A stretch of DNA of 64,000 nt. It comes from Aeromicrobium sp. GTDB taxonomy: Bacteria; Actinomycetota; Actinomycetes; Propionibacteriales; Nocardioidaceae. The DNA lies in assembly GCF_023146395.1 (NCBI RefSeq), contig NZ_JAGLCD010000004.1, positions 194,718-258,717 of the forward strand, given 5' to 3'. A program made the translations under genes and the position numbers. Positions 26,604 through 38,644 of this stretch are shown one piece after another; within the stretch, counting starts at the first letter, position 1, and each line of letters starts with the position of its first letter. The notes below the pieces were generated by a model. The model made no database searches. It was not told the DNA's origin and saw nothing but the letters and a program-made list of their open reading frames with translations.

Positions 26604-26726
26604 GCGCCCCACCGTAACGACCGGCAGCGACACGTCGGTCCGAGGGGGACAGACCCGTGACGGCGACGCCTGGGAGCGGTACTGTCGCTCCGACCTACTC
26701 CTCTCAGGAAGAAATCAGGTACTACC

Positions 26727-27248
26727 GTGGATCTCTCGAAGATCAATCCGCTCAACCTGGGCGCCCTCGTCGCCGGTGGGCTGACGATCATCCTCTCGTT
26801 CATCCCGTCCTACGTGACGGCCTCGATCGACAGCGACATCGCTGGCGTCAACTTCTCCTCCGGGACGAGCGCCTGGGACAGCTTCGCCGTGCTCGGTGTC
26901 CTGCTCCTGGTGGCGGCCACCGCCGCGATCGCCGTCAAGGTCTTCGCGCCGCAGGTCATCCCCGCCGGCGTGCCGATCAACCTGGCCGCGGCCGGCGCCG
27001 CGGGTCTGGGCACGCTCCTGCTCATCCTGCGCGCGTTCACGTACTCGGGCGGCTTCGGCGTCGACGTCGGCCCCGGCTGGTCCGGCTACGCCATCTTCAT
27101 CACGTCGATCGCCCTCACGGTGTTCGCCGCGCTGGGGTTCAAGGACTCCGGTGAAAAGCTCCCGGACTTCAACAACAACAACGGTGGCGGTCAGCCGCCG
27201 GCCGGCCCGACGCCGCCGGCCCCGCCGGCCGGTCCGCCGGCTCCCTGA
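26727..27248 (+). CDS. Hypothetical 4-TM membrane protein with Pro-rich tail
   Basis: Four hydrophobic helices and strong codon bias. Confidence 0.75.
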   Translation: MDLSKINPLNLGALVAGGLTIILSFIPSYVTASIDSDIAGVNFSSGTSAWDSFAVLGVLLLVAATAAIAVKVFAPQVIPAGVPINLAAAGAAGLGTLLLILRAFTYSGGFGVDVGPGWSGYAIFITSIALTVFAALGFKDSGEKLPDFNNNNGGGQPPAGPTPPAPPAGPPAP

Positions 27249-27270
27249 GCCAGGCTCACCGAGCGACGAT

Positions 27271-27309
27271 CGAGCGCCCGTCCTTCACGCCGTGAAGGGC
27301 GGGCGCTCG
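27271..27309. terminator. Stem-loop overlapping the 3' end of the reductase gene
   Basis: CGAGCGCCCGTCCTTCACG-C-CGTGAAGGGCGGGCGCTCG. Confidence 0.65.
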
Positions 27310-28538
27310 TCGATGCGGATCGACTGGCGTCCGGCCCAGCGCCACACCCGCGCCGTGAGGTCACGGTCCTGCTCGGTCACGAGGTTGCCCATGACCCGCA
27401 GCGCCACCGTCATCAGACGCGGAGACCGCATGCCGACGGGGCCGGCCAACGGCAGCAGGCGCGGCACCGTGAGCAGGCCGGCCAACCGGCGCGCGATCGA
27501 GAACGCCTCGCCGTAGTGCGTCGTGAGCAGGTGGGGCCACGCCTGGTCGAGGCGTGCCTCCTGCGCGATCAGCTCAGCGCCCAGCCGGCCGGTCTCGAGC
27601 CCGTAGTCGATGCCCTCGCCGTTGAGCGGATTGACGCACCCGGCGGCGTCGCCGATCAACATCCAGTTGGGACCGGCGACCCCCGAGACGGCCCCGCCCA
27701 TCGGCAGCAGGGCGCTCGTGGGAGCGCGCAGCTCGCCGGCCAGGTCCCACTCGTGCCGGCGCAGCGTCGCGTAGTACTCCATCAGGGGACGGATCTGCAG
27801 GGCCGCAGGACGCTTGGCCGTGGCGAGCGCGCCCACGCCGAGGTTGACCTCGCCCTGCTCGGCGCCGAGCGGGAAGATCCAGCCGTAGCCGGGGAGCAGC
27901 TCGTCCTGCGCGTCGCGCAGCTCCAGGTGCGAGCTGATCCACGGGTCGTCGGCCCGGGTCGACTTCACGTACGAGCGCCCGGCGATGCCGTAGGCCGTGT
28001 CGCGGTGCCACTGGCGCCCCAGCGCCGTGCCGAGCGGGGACTTCACGCCGTCGGCGACGACGAGCCGGTCGCAGAAGATCGTGTGCGGAGTGCGATCAGG
28101 GCCCGTCAGCAGATGGACCGACGTGACGCGCCCGCTGCTGTCGCGATCGACATCGACCGCGCGGGCGTGGTCCAGACCCACGGCCCCGGACGCGAGCGCG
28201 ACCTGGCGGATGCGGTCGTCGAGCTCGGTGCGCGGGACGGCGGAGCCATGGTCGGGCAGCGATCCACCGGGCCAGGGGAGCAGGAGCTCGACACCGAATC
28301 CGGCCGCACGCAGCCCACGGTTGCGCGTGTGTCCGCGCACCCAGTCGCCCAGACCGAGCCGGTCGAGCTCGGCGATCGCGCGCGGGGTGAGTCCGTCGCC
28401 GCACGTCTTGTCGCGCGGGAACGTGGCGGCATCGGCCAGGACGACGTCGAGACCGGCGCGCGCGGCCCACGCGGCGGCGGCCGATCCGGCGGGCCCGGCG
28501 CCCACCACGAGCACGTCGGTACGGGTCGGCAGGGACAT
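27285..28538 (-). CDS. Geranylgeranyl reductase family protein (MenJ-like menaquinone reductase)
   Basis: VVGAGPAGS, FPRDKTCGDGLTPRA, GYGWIFP, GDAAGCVNPLNGEGIDY. Confidence 0.85.
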   Translation of the reverse strand: MSLPTRTDVLVVGAGPAGSAAAAWAARAGLDVVLADAATFPRDKTCGDGLTPRAIAELDRLGLGDWVRGHTRNRGLRAAGFGVELLLPWPGGSLPDHGSAVPRTELDDRIRQVALASGAVGLDHARAVDVDRDSSGRVTSVHLLTGPDRTPHTIFCDRLVVADGVKSPLGTALGRQWHRDTAYGIAGRSYVKSTRADDPWISSHLELRDAQDELLPGYGWIFPLGAEQGEVNLGVGALATAKRPAALQIRPLMEYYATLRRHEWDLAGELRAPTSALLPMGGAVSGVAGPNWMLIGDAAGCVNPLNGEGIDYGLETGRLGAELIAQEARLDQAWPHLLTTHYGEAFSIARRLAGLLTVPRLLPLAGPVGMRSPRLMTVALRVMGNLVTEQDRDLTARVWRWAGRQSIRIDERPPFTA

Positions 28539-28600
28539 GGCTCCGATCATGTCAGAGCGCTGCGCGCCGGGCCGACGTCCGTGCTGCGATGATGGCCCCC

Positions 28601-29314
28601 ATGAGTTCTCAGGCAACCTCACCAAAACCTGACGTCCGGTTCGCCTCCCGAGGTTCGTCGCACTTCGACGTCCTGCTGGCCCTGTTCGTCGTGGTCCTCG
28701 TCGTCTCCAACGTCGCCGCGACCAAGAGCATCGAGTTCGGGTCGGGCTCGTGGAGCATCGGCTCGCTGCAACTGTGGCCCGTCGTGACCGACGGCGGCGC
28801 CTTCCTCTTCCCACTGGCGTACATCGTCGGCGACGTGATCAGCGAGGTCTACGGGTTCAAGGCCGCCCGGCGCGCGGTGCTGATGGGATTCGCTGCGGCG
28901 ATCCTGGCCGCCTTCACGTTCTGGCTCGTCCAGATCGCCCCCGGGGCCAGCTTCTACGAGAACCAGGCGGCGTTCGAGGCCGTGGCCGGACCGGTCGCCC
29001 AGATCGTGCTCGCGAGCGTCACCGGCTACGTCGCCGGGCAGCTGTTGAACTCGTGGGTCCTCGTGCGCATGAAGGCGCGGACGAAGGAGAAGGGCCTGGT
29101 CGGCCGGCTCGCCGCCTCCACCGGGGTCGGCGAGATGGCCGACACGTTCCTGTTCTGCGCGATCGCCGCCACGGCGATCGGCATCGACTCGATGGGCGTG
29201 TTCTGGAACTACTTCGTCGTCGGCGTGATCTACAAGGTCGCGGTGGAGCTGCTCGTGATGCCGCTGACCGTGGTCGTGATCGGCTGGCTCAAGCGCCGCG
29301 AGCCCACCTACTGA
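28601..29314 (+). CDS. Queuosine precursor transporter (YhhQ/VUT family)
   Basis: VSNVAATK, DGGAFLFPLAYIVGDVISEVYG, STGVGEMADT; convergent with tgt. Confidence 0.88.
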   Translation: MSSQATSPKPDVRFASRGSSHFDVLLALFVVVLVVSNVAATKSIEFGSGSWSIGSLQLWPVVTDGGAFLFPLAYIVGDVISEVYGFKAARRAVLMGFAAAILAAFTFWLVQIAPGASFYENQAAFEAVAGPVAQIVLASVTGYVAGQLLNSWVLVRMKARTKEKGLVGRLAASTGVGEMADTFLFCAIAATAIGIDSMGVFWNYFVVGVIYKVAVELLVMPLTVVVIGWLKRREPTY

Positions 29315-29322
29315 CGGTCGGC

Positions 29323-31230
<1,908 letters not shown>

Positions 31231-31240
<10 letters not shown>

Positions 31241-31653
31241 GGCATCGGATCGCCGGGGGTCGCGTCGACCAGCTCGATCCGCTGTGCGTCGCCCGCCGTG
31301 ACACCGAGGCCCGCCGCGATGCGGTGCTGCACGGCACCCTCGCGGTGACGGCTCTGCCGGTCCAGGCTCAGGCCGAGCGCCGTGTGCGCCCAGGCGCTGG
31401 TGGGCTCGAGCTCGACCAGGCGGCGGAAGGCCTCCTCGGCGGGCTCCAGGTGGGCGGCGGCGAAGTGCGCGCGTCCCACGAGCTCCCACGCGCCGGCGTG
31501 ACCGGGCTCGGCGTCGACGACCTTCTGCAGGACCCGCGCGGCCTCGCGGGGGAAGCGGGACTCCAGCAGCTCCTGGCCGTAGCGGAAGGCGTCGAAGACC
31601 TCCATCGCGGCGATCGACTCCTCGGTGATGGTGGGCTTCATGTAGATCGTCAT
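31231..31653 (-). CDS. Tetratricopeptide-repeat protein
   Basis: AAGGAGGAG RBS; TPR-like helices (AEEAFRRLVELEPTSAWAHTALG). Confidence 0.8.
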
Positions 31654-31702
31654 GTGCTCCTCCTTCCGAGGCGTGACCCACACCGTGCGGGTTCGACCGG
31701 CT

Positions 31703-31729
31703 CAACGTCACGGTGCCAGGCGTTGTTCC
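31703..31729 (-). promoter_or_regulatory. SigH/SigR-type ECF promoter upstream of the TPR gene
   Basis: GGAAC-N18-GTTG on the minus strand. Confidence 0.7.
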
Positions 31730-31777
31730 CCGTGTCGGTGGAGCGAACTGTCGGCGGTGGGCCGGAGACTGGGCGCC

Positions 31778-32896
31778 ATGGAGATCCTGATCGGCATCGG
31801 TGTCGGAGTCGTCCTCGGCGTGGCCCTGGGCGTGCTGCTCGTCCAGGCCCGGGCAGCGTCGTCCGCGGCCACGGCTGCGGCGCTGCGCGAGCAGGTCGAG
31901 GTGCTGCGGGCCCAGCTGCAGGCCGGCGCCCGTTCCGACGGGGAGGAGGGCCTCGTGCTGCAGGCCCTGGCGCCGGTCCACGAGACGCTCCGCACGATGC
32001 AGAAGACCGTCAGCGACCTCGAGCAGCAGCGGCACGCGCAGCACGGCCAGCTCGCCGAGCAGCTCCGGCACACCCAGGCCACCGCCGAGCGGTCCCGGGA
32101 GGCGGCCGAGGCCCTCGCGTCGGCCATGAGCAACAACGCCGTCCGCGGGGTGTGGGGCGAGACCCAGCTGCGCACCCTGGTGGAGTCCGCCGGGCTCCTG
32201 CACCGGGTCGACTTCGACACCCAGGCCACGATCAGCGCCGAGAGCGGGCGCCGGCGTCCCGACATGGTCCTGCGCCTGCCGGGAGGCAAGTCCATGGCGG
32301 TCGACGCCAAGGTGCCGCTCACGGCGTACCTGGAGTCCGCGTCGGCCAGCGGGGCCGATCGTGACCGCCTCCTGGCCGACCATGCGCGCGCGGTCCGGGC
32401 GCACGTCGACGCCCTCGCGGCCAAGCAGTACTGGACGGGCCTGGAGTCCAGTCCGGAGTTCACGATCGCGTTCATCCCGAGCGAGCCGGTGCTGGCGGCG
32501 GCGCTCGAGCAGGACCCGTCCCTGCTGGACCACGCCTTCGGCCGGCGGATCGTCCTGGCCTCGCCGGTCAGCCTGTGGGCCGTCATCAAGACCGTGGCAC
32601 TCACCTGGCAGCAGGAGTCGCTCAGCGATGACGCCCGCCAGCTGTTCGTGCTGGGCAAGGAGCTGTACGGCCGCCTTGCCCTGCTGGGGGAGCGTGCCGA
32701 GACCCTGCGCCGCTCGCTGAGCCGCACCGTCGAGAGCTACAACGCCTTCGCGGGCACGCTCGAGAGTCGCGTCCTCGTCACGGCACGCCGGCTCGACGCG
32801 CTCGACGAGAGCACGGTCATCGGCACGCCGGGCATGGTCGAGGTCGAGCCCAAGGCTCTCGCCCAGCCCGAGCTGCTGTCCGACGACCGAGTCTGA
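31778..32896 (+). CDS. rmuC: DNA recombination protein RmuC
   Basis: N-terminal TM helix and coiled coil, RGVWGETQL, RPDMVLRLPGG..VDAKVP, FIPSE, LESRVL. Confidence 0.92.
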   Translation: MEILIGIGVGVVLGVALGVLLVQARAASSAATAAALREQVEVLRAQLQAGARSDGEEGLVLQALAPVHETLRTMQKTVSDLEQQRHAQHGQLAEQLRHTQATAERSREAAEALASAMSNNAVRGVWGETQLRTLVESAGLLHRVDFDTQATISAESGRRRPDMVLRLPGGKSMAVDAKVPLTAYLESASASGADRDRLLADHARAVRAHVDALAAKQYWTGLESSPEFTIAFIPSEPVLAAALEQDPSLLDHAFGRRIVLASPVSLWAVIKTVALTWQQESLSDDARQLFVLGKELYGRLALLGERAETLRRSLSRTVESYNAFAGTLESRVLVTARRLDALDESTVIGTPGMVEVEPKALAQPELLSDDRV

Positions 32897-32916
32897 GCGG
32901 TGGGGTCACCGAGTCC

Positions 32917-33010
32917 GAGGGGTTGAGGGTGCCAGAGCACCCTCAACCCCTCAGGTCTCGTCGCGCCGACGCACCGCCGCCGCCTCAGCGACCACAACCC
33001 CTCAACCTCG
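32917..33010. repeat. REP-like palindromic element
   Basis: GAGGGGTTGAGGGTGC-CAGA-GCACCCTCAACCCCTC (32917-32952) plus a half unit CAACCCCTCAACCTCG near 33000; related to 43757-43862. Confidence 0.7.
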
Positions 33011-33030
33011 GTCCCCCTCGGGGGTGGGGG

Positions 33031-34233
33031 TCAGGCGAGGGCCTGGTCCAGGTCCGCGAGCAGGTCGACGACGTCCTCGATGCCCACCGAGAGGCGCACC
33101 AGGTCGTCGGGGACCTCCAGTGCTGAGCCTGCGGTCGAGGCGTGGGTCATGGCCCCCGGGTGCTCGATGAGTGACTCGATGCCGCCCAGGCTCTCGGCCA
33201 GCGTGAACACGCGCACCCGCTCGCAGAGGTCGAGGGCCGCCTGTCGGCCCCCGGTCAGACGGATCGAGATCATGCCGCCGAAGCGGCGCATCTGACGCTC
33301 GGCGACCACGTGCCCGGGGTGGTCGGCCAGGCCCGGGTAGAGCACATGGGCGATCTTGGGGTGACGACTCAGCTCGTCCACGACGGCCTCGGCGTTCGTG
33401 CAGTGCTGCTCCATGCGCACCGCGAGCGTCTTGATCCCGCGCAGCGTGAGATAGGCGTCGAACGGACCCGGCACGGCCCCCGCCCCGTTCTGCAGAAAGG
33501 CGAATCCGGCGTCGAGCTCGGAGTCGGACGTCAGGAGCGCGCCACCGACCACGTCGGAGTGCCCGCCCAGGTACTTGGTCGTGGAGTGGATCACGACGTC
33601 GGCTCCCAGGGCCAGCGGCTGCTGCAGGTACGGCGAGGCGAACGTGTTGTCGACCACGAGCCGCGCGCCGGCATTCTGCGCGATGCCGGAGATCGCGGCG
33701 ATGTCGCCGATCGACAGCAGCGGGTTGGTGGGCGTCTCGATCCAGATGGCCTTGGTCGCCGGGGTCACGGCCGCCGCGACGGCGTCCAGGTCGCCCACGG
33801 GCGCCGGGGTGTAGGTGACGCCCCACTGCGAGAACACCTTGTCGACGAGCCGGAACGTGCCGCCGTAGGCGTCGTCGGGAATCACCAGGTGATCGCCGGG
33901 GCGCAGGATCGTGCGCAGCGCCGCGTCCGTGGCCGCCATGCCCGACGCGAAGGCCCGACCGTGGTCCGCGCCCTCGAGCGAGGCCAGTGCGCCCTCGAGG
34001 GCCGTCCGCGTCGGATTGCCGGTACGGGCGTACTCGTAGCCGTCGCGCATGCCACCGACGCCGTCCTGGGCGAATGTCGAGCTCGCCACGATCGGCGGGT
34101 TGACCGCGCCGTGGCCGGGATCGGGCGTGTAGCCGGCGTGGATCGCCCGGGTGGCGAAGCCCTCGGCGGCGCGGCGCTCCGCAAGGTCAGGGTTTGCGGG
34201 GTCGGGGACCACGGGGCCGGACTCGGTCGTCAT
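33031..34233 (-). CDS. metB: Cystathionine gamma-synthase/gamma-lyase
   Basis: YEYARTGNPT, FASGMAA, ETPTNP, VDNTFASP, HSTTKYLGGHSD (PLP Lys), AESLGG; ATGA overlap with cbs. Confidence 0.93.
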   Translation of the reverse strand: MTTESGPVVPDPANPDLAERRAAEGFATRAIHAGYTPDPGHGAVNPPIVASSTFAQDGVGGMRDGYEYARTGNPTRTALEGALASLEGADHGRAFASGMAATDAALRTILRPGDHLVIPDDAYGGTFRLVDKVFSQWGVTYTPAPVGDLDAVAAAVTPATKAIWIETPTNPLLSIGDIAAISGIAQNAGARLVVDNTFASPYLQQPLALGADVVIHSTTKYLGGHSDVVGGALLTSDSELDAGFAFLQNGAGAVPGPFDAYLTLRGIKTLAVRMEQHCTNAEAVVDELSRHPKIAHVLYPGLADHPGHVVAERQMRRFGGMISIRLTGGRQAALDLCERVRVFTLAESLGGIESLIEHPGAMTHASTAGSALEVPDDLVRLSVGIEDVVDLLADLDQALA

Positions 34234-35609
34234 ACGTGTACTCCCAGCAGGTCGTGGCGGGTCAGGACGCCCAGCGGCTTGCCGTCCTCGATGACCATCA
34301 CCGCGTCGTTGGCCGACAGCAGCGCCTGCGCGTCGTCCAGGCTCTCGCCCGAGCCGAGCAGGGGCAGCGGCGTCTCCATGTGCTGCGAGACCGGGTCGGT
34401 CAGGGTCGCGCGTCCCTCGTACACCGCGCTCAGCAGCTCGCGCTCGCTGACGCTGCCGGCGACCTCGCCGATGACGACCGGCGGCTCCGGGCCCACGACC
34501 GGCATCTGGGAGACGCCGTACTCGTGGAGGATGCTGATCGCGTCGCGGACGGTCTCCTGCGGGTGGGTGTGCACCAGGGCCGGCATGGCGCCGGACTTGC
34601 GGCGCAGCACGTCGCCCACGGTCGGGGCGGCGGTGCGGCTGGGGTCGAGCGGCTGCCGCAGGAAGCCGTAGGAGCTCATCCACTCGTCGTTGAAGATCTT
34701 CGACAGATAGCCGCGCCCGCCGTCGGGCAGCAGCACCACGACAACCGCGTCCGGGCCCTCGCGCTCGGCCACCTGTTGCGCGGCGACGGCCGCCATGCCG
34801 CACGAGCCGCCGACGAGCAGGCCCTCCTCGCGGGCCAGGCGCCGGGTCATGTCGAAGGAGTCGGCGTCACTGACCGCGATGATCTCGTCGGGGACGTCGG
34901 GGTCGTAGGCGCTGGGCCAGAAGTCCTCGCCGACCCCCTCCACGAGGTAGGGCCGGCCGGTGCCCCCGGAGTACACCGATCCCACCGGGTCGACGCCGAC
35001 GACCTTGACGCGGCCCTCGGAGACCTCCTTGAGGTACCTGCCGGCGCCGCTGATCGTGCCGCCGGTGCCGATGCCGGCGACGAAGTGGGTGACGCGCCCC
35101 TCGGTGTCGGCCCAGATCTCCGGGCCGGTCGTCTCGTAGTGCGACTGCGGGCCGGCCGGGTTGGAGTACTGGTCGGGCTTCCAGCCGCCCTCGGTCTCGC
35201 GCACGAGCCGGTCCGAGACGTTGTAGTAGCTGTCGGGGTGCTCCGGGGGAACGGCCGTGGGGCAGACCACGACCTTCGCGCCGTAGGCCATCATCGTGTT
35301 CCGCTTGTCCTCGCTGACCTTGTCGGGGCACACGAAGATGCAGCTGTAGCCCCGTTGCTGGGCCACGATCGCGAGCCCCACGCCGGTGTTGCCGGAGGTG
35401 GGCTCGATGATCGTGCCGCCGGGCTTGAGCGCCCCGGACTGCTCGGCAGCGTCGACCATGCGGACCGCGATGCGGTCCTTCGCGCTGCCGCCTGGGTTGA
35501 GGTACTCGACCTTGGCGGCCAGCAGGCCGGCCTCCGGTCCCACGACACGATTCAGCCGCACCAGCGGGGTGTTGCCGATGAGGTCGACGACGGTGTTGGC
35601 GATGCGCAT
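34230..35609 (-). CDS. cbs: Cystathionine beta-synthase
   Basis: KVEYLNPGGSAKDR, EPTSGNTG, GIGTGGT and a C-terminal CBS domain pair. Confidence 0.94.
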   Translation of the reverse strand: MRIANTVVDLIGNTPLVRLNRVVGPEAGLLAAKVEYLNPGGSAKDRIAVRMVDAAEQSGALKPGGTIIEPTSGNTGVGLAIVAQQRGYSCIFVCPDKVSEDKRNTMMAYGAKVVVCPTAVPPEHPDSYYNVSDRLVRETEGGWKPDQYSNPAGPQSHYETTGPEIWADTEGRVTHFVAGIGTGGTISGAGRYLKEVSEGRVKVVGVDPVGSVYSGGTGRPYLVEGVGEDFWPSAYDPDVPDEIIAVSDADSFDMTRRLAREEGLLVGGSCGMAAVAAQQVAEREGPDAVVVVLLPDGGRGYLSKIFNDEWMSSYGFLRQPLDPSRTAAPTVGDVLRRKSGAMPALVHTHPQETVRDAISILHEYGVSQMPVVGPEPPVVIGEVAGSVSERELLSAVYEGRATLTDPVSQHMETPLPLLGSGESLDDAQALLSANDAVMVIEDGKPLGVLTRHDLLGVHV

Positions 35610-35633
35610 GTCCCCATCATGCCCCTGACGGCG

Positions 35634-36839
35634 CTACACCCTCCCGGGGGCCGGTTGTCGCGGACGGGCACCGGGCGCCAGCAGCACGAAGGCCACCTGC
35701 GCCAGGGCCACGACGATCACGCTCGTGACCAGACCGACGATGCCGACCTGGAGCACCACGGCGGCCACGACGAGCGAGCTCACGGCGATCCAGACCGAGG
35801 TCACGATGCCGTGCGCGTGACGCGCCAGCGCGTCCCACACCAGGAGGTTGACGATCGAGAGCAGGGAGCCGGCCAGGACGAACATCCACAGGCGGTCGGC
35901 GATCTCGGCGTACTGGTTGCCGCCCACGGCGATGAGCGCGACCTGGGGCAGCAGCGCCGTGGCGAGCAGGCCGAGGGTGGCGACCCCGAGCACCGCGAGG
36001 TGGCGGGAGCGGGACGTCTCGTCGCGGGCCAGCAGCGGGAAGAACACGATCGTGACGAACTGCGGCAGGAAGACCGCCGCCTTGGAGAGGATCAGGCCCG
36101 CGCTGTAGAGACCCGAGTCGTGCGGGCTCAGCAGGAAGCGCGCCAGGAGCGCATCGGCGTTGCTGAGCGCGTAGTAGGCGAGCAGGGCGTGCGAGCCCAG
36201 CAGTGCCTCGCGCACGAACGGGCGACGGCTGGTGCCGCGGGCGTCAGCGGCGCGCCCGCGCACCTGCGGGAGTCCGACGAGGACCGGCGCCCAGGAGCCG
36301 ATGGCCAGCCCGAGGAGGCAGGCGGTGACCGACGGGTCGATGGCCATCGCCAGTCCGCCGCACCCGAGGCGTCCGAAGCCGTTGGCCAGGTAGATCGCGG
36401 CGAGGGCCCGCCATCGCTCGGCCCCCTGGGCGACTCCGGCCATCGCGCCCATCATCGTCAGGGGAACGAGCGTGGCGCCCGTGAGCAGCGCCGGCCAGAT
36501 CGACCCGAGCCCGAGGGGTTCCACGAGCGCGACCGTCACGGCGGCGGCCAGGAGACCCGTGCCGAGCGAGATCGCGATCGCGACGCGAGCGACGGTGCCG
36601 ATCGTGGTGTCCCGGTCCTGCGGGGCGACGGCGATCCGACGTGCCGTGACCGCCTGGAGCGTCAGGGCGGCGACGGTGCCGATCTGGATGATGCCGAGCA
36701 GCGCCGTGACTGCGCCGAGGTCGCGCGGCACCAGGAGCCGGGCGGCCACGATGGTCATGAGGTAGGCCGCAGCGTTGGCCCCGATCATGCCGGCGGCGAC
36801 GAGGGTGCTCCCCGACAGCAGACCTCCGGCACGCTTCAC
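35634..36839 (-). CDS. Polysaccharide biosynthesis / flippase-like membrane protein
   Basis: About 12 TM helices with a Wzx/MOP-like pattern (ADALLARFLL...SGLYSAGLILSKAAVFLPQ). Confidence 0.7.
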   Translation of the reverse strand: MKRAGGLLSGSTLVAAGMIGANAAAYLMTIVAARLLVPRDLGAVTALLGIIQIGTVAALTLQAVTARRIAVAPQDRDTTIGTVARVAIAISLGTGLLAAAVTVALVEPLGLGSIWPALLTGATLVPLTMMGAMAGVAQGAERWRALAAIYLANGFGRLGCGGLAMAIDPSVTACLLGLAIGSWAPVLVGLPQVRGRAADARGTSRRPFVREALLGSHALLAYYALSNADALLARFLLSPHDSGLYSAGLILSKAAVFLPQFVTIVFFPLLARDETSRSRHLAVLGVATLGLLATALLPQVALIAVGGNQYAEIADRLWMFVLAGSLLSIVNLLVWDALARHAHGIVTSVWIAVSSLVVAAVVLQVGIVGLVTSVIVVALAQVAFVLLAPGARPRQPAPGRV

Positions 36840-36868
36840 GCGCCCACGATAGGCGACCTCGGTCTAGG

Positions 36869-38599
36869 GTGAGCGCCGTGATGCAGCGCTGGCGCGACCT
36901 CGTGGTGGTGCAGTGGTCGGTGCTCTTGGCGCTGCTGGTGGCGTTGCCCTGGCGGGGTCCGGGATTCCTGCTGTCCTACGACATGGTCTGGATCCCGACG
37001 TGGACGCTGGACCGCTTCGACCTCTGGGGCACCGGCAGCGCCGTGCCGCGGGCGGTTCCCTCCGACGGCGTCGTGGCCGTGCTGTCGCAGGTCGTCGATC
37101 CCGTCGTGCTCCAGCGCGTGATGCTCATCGGTGCCCTCGCGCTCGGCGGCGTGGGTGCGGCGCGACTCGTCGACCACCTCGGCCTGGGGGCGCGACTGGT
37201 CGCGGCGACGTACGCGCTGTGGAACCCGTTCGTCGCGGAGCGACTCGTGCTCGGTCAGTGGCCGGTCATCATCGCGCTCGCCTGCCTGCCGTGGATCGTC
37301 GTCGCGGTGCGGGACCCCCGCCACGTGCGCGGTGTCGTGCTGACGCTCGCCCTGGCGGGCACGGCGCTCTCGGTCGCGACCGGTCTCATGGGTCTGGTCG
37401 TGGCCCTCGTGGCGGGATGGCGCTCCGGGGTGCTGCGGATCGTGGTCCTGGCTCTGGCGCTGAACGCACCGTGGATCGTCGCGACCGCGGTCCGTCTGGC
37501 CCCGGTCGAGAGCGATCCCGCGGGGGTCCGCGCGTTCGCCGCACAGTCCGAGGGCCCGTTGGGCCACGCCGGCACGATGGCCTCCCTGGGTGGCGTCTGG
37601 AACACCGAGGTCGTCCCGTCGTCGCGGACGACGGCCGTGGCCGCGGTGCTCGTGGTCGTGCTGCTCCTGGTGCTCGCGGCGGGAGTCGTCCACTGGGCGC
37701 GCAGCGACCGGCGGCTCCTGGCCCCGCTCGCCACGCTGGCCGTCCTCGGCCACGCGATCGCCGCCTGGGGGTGGCTGTCGCCCGGCACGTTGGAGGACCT
37801 GGTGGCGTGGCAGGGGTCCGCGGGGGTGCTGCGCGACGGCACGCGCTACCTCGCGCTCGCCGTGCCGTTCCACGTCGTCGCGCTGGCGTACGGCGCGCGC
37901 CTGCTCGGCCGCCGTGTCGCGGGAATCGTCTCGGACGGCCGGTGGGCGGTCGTCGGGACGGCGGCGGTGCTCGCGCTGCCCCTGGCCGCCCTGCCCGATC
38001 TCGCGAACGGCGTCGACGGACGCCTGACCCCCGTGGAGTACCCCGACGACTGGGCCGCCGCGGCGAGCGTCATCGCGGCGAGCGACGTCCCGGGCGATCT
38101 GCTGACCCTGCCGTTCCAGCCCTACCGGTCACCGGAATGGAACCGCGACCGCACGGTGATCGACCCGGCGGCACGCTTCTTCGACCGTGAGACGGTCGCG
38201 AGCGATGCCCTCACGGTGTCGGGCACCACGCTGGCCAGCGAGGACCCCCGGGCCCGCGACGTCGCCGCCGTGCTGGCCGATCCGGCCGCGACGCCCGCCA
38301 GGCTCGGTGCCCTGGGGATCGGCCTCGTCGTCGTGGACGTCGAGGCGCAGGGGGAGGTGCCGCTGCCGGCAGCCGTCGCGGCGGCGCGAGAGATCGGCCC
38401 GGAGGGCTCCGACCTGCGGGTCCTGGCGATCGACGGGGCCCGGTCCGTCGTGCCCACCGAGGAGGCCGAGCTCGCCGTGACGGCCGGGTGGGCCCTCGCC
38501 GCGCTCACGGTCGGCATCGCCCTGCTGGTGGCCGCGTCACGGGGCGTGGGCCGGCTGCGCCGCCTCGTGGCGGCGGGCCGCCGGACGTCCAGATCCTGA
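36869..38599 (+). CDS. Polytopic membrane protein, Rv0226c-like (GT-C-like)
   Basis: PGFLLSYDMVW, PRAVPSD, WNPFVAERL..GQW, LGGVWN, YPDDW motifs. Confidence 0.75.
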   Translation: MSAVMQRWRDLVVVQWSVLLALLVALPWRGPGFLLSYDMVWIPTWTLDRFDLWGTGSAVPRAVPSDGVVAVLSQVVDPVVLQRVMLIGALALGGVGAARLVDHLGLGARLVAATYALWNPFVAERLVLGQWPVIIALACLPWIVVAVRDPRHVRGVVLTLALAGTALSVATGLMGLVVALVAGWRSGVLRIVVLALALNAPWIVATAVRLAPVESDPAGVRAFAAQSEGPLGHAGTMASLGGVWNTEVVPSSRTTAVAAVLVVVLLLVLAAGVVHWARSDRRLLAPLATLAVLGHAIAAWGWLSPGTLEDLVAWQGSAGVLRDGTRYLALAVPFHVVALAYGARLLGRRVAGIVSDGRWAVVGTAAVLALPLAALPDLANGVDGRLTPVEYPDDWAAAASVIAASDVPGDLLTLPFQPYRSPEWNRDRTVIDPAARFFDRETVASDALTVSGTTLASEDPRARDVAAVLADPAATPARLGALGIGLVVVDVEAQGEVPLPAAVAAAREIGPEGSDLRVLAIDGARSVVPTEEAELAVTAGWALAALTVGIALLVAASRGVGRLRRLVAAGRRTSRS

Positions 38600-38644
38600 C
38601 CTCATGACTGGTATCGTGACCCAGGTCATAGAGAGGGAGAAAAC

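Noticed and set aside
32917-33010. Possible IS ends or CRISPR repeat
   Set aside because: No transposase, target duplication or regular spacer pattern; kept only as a REP-like repeat.
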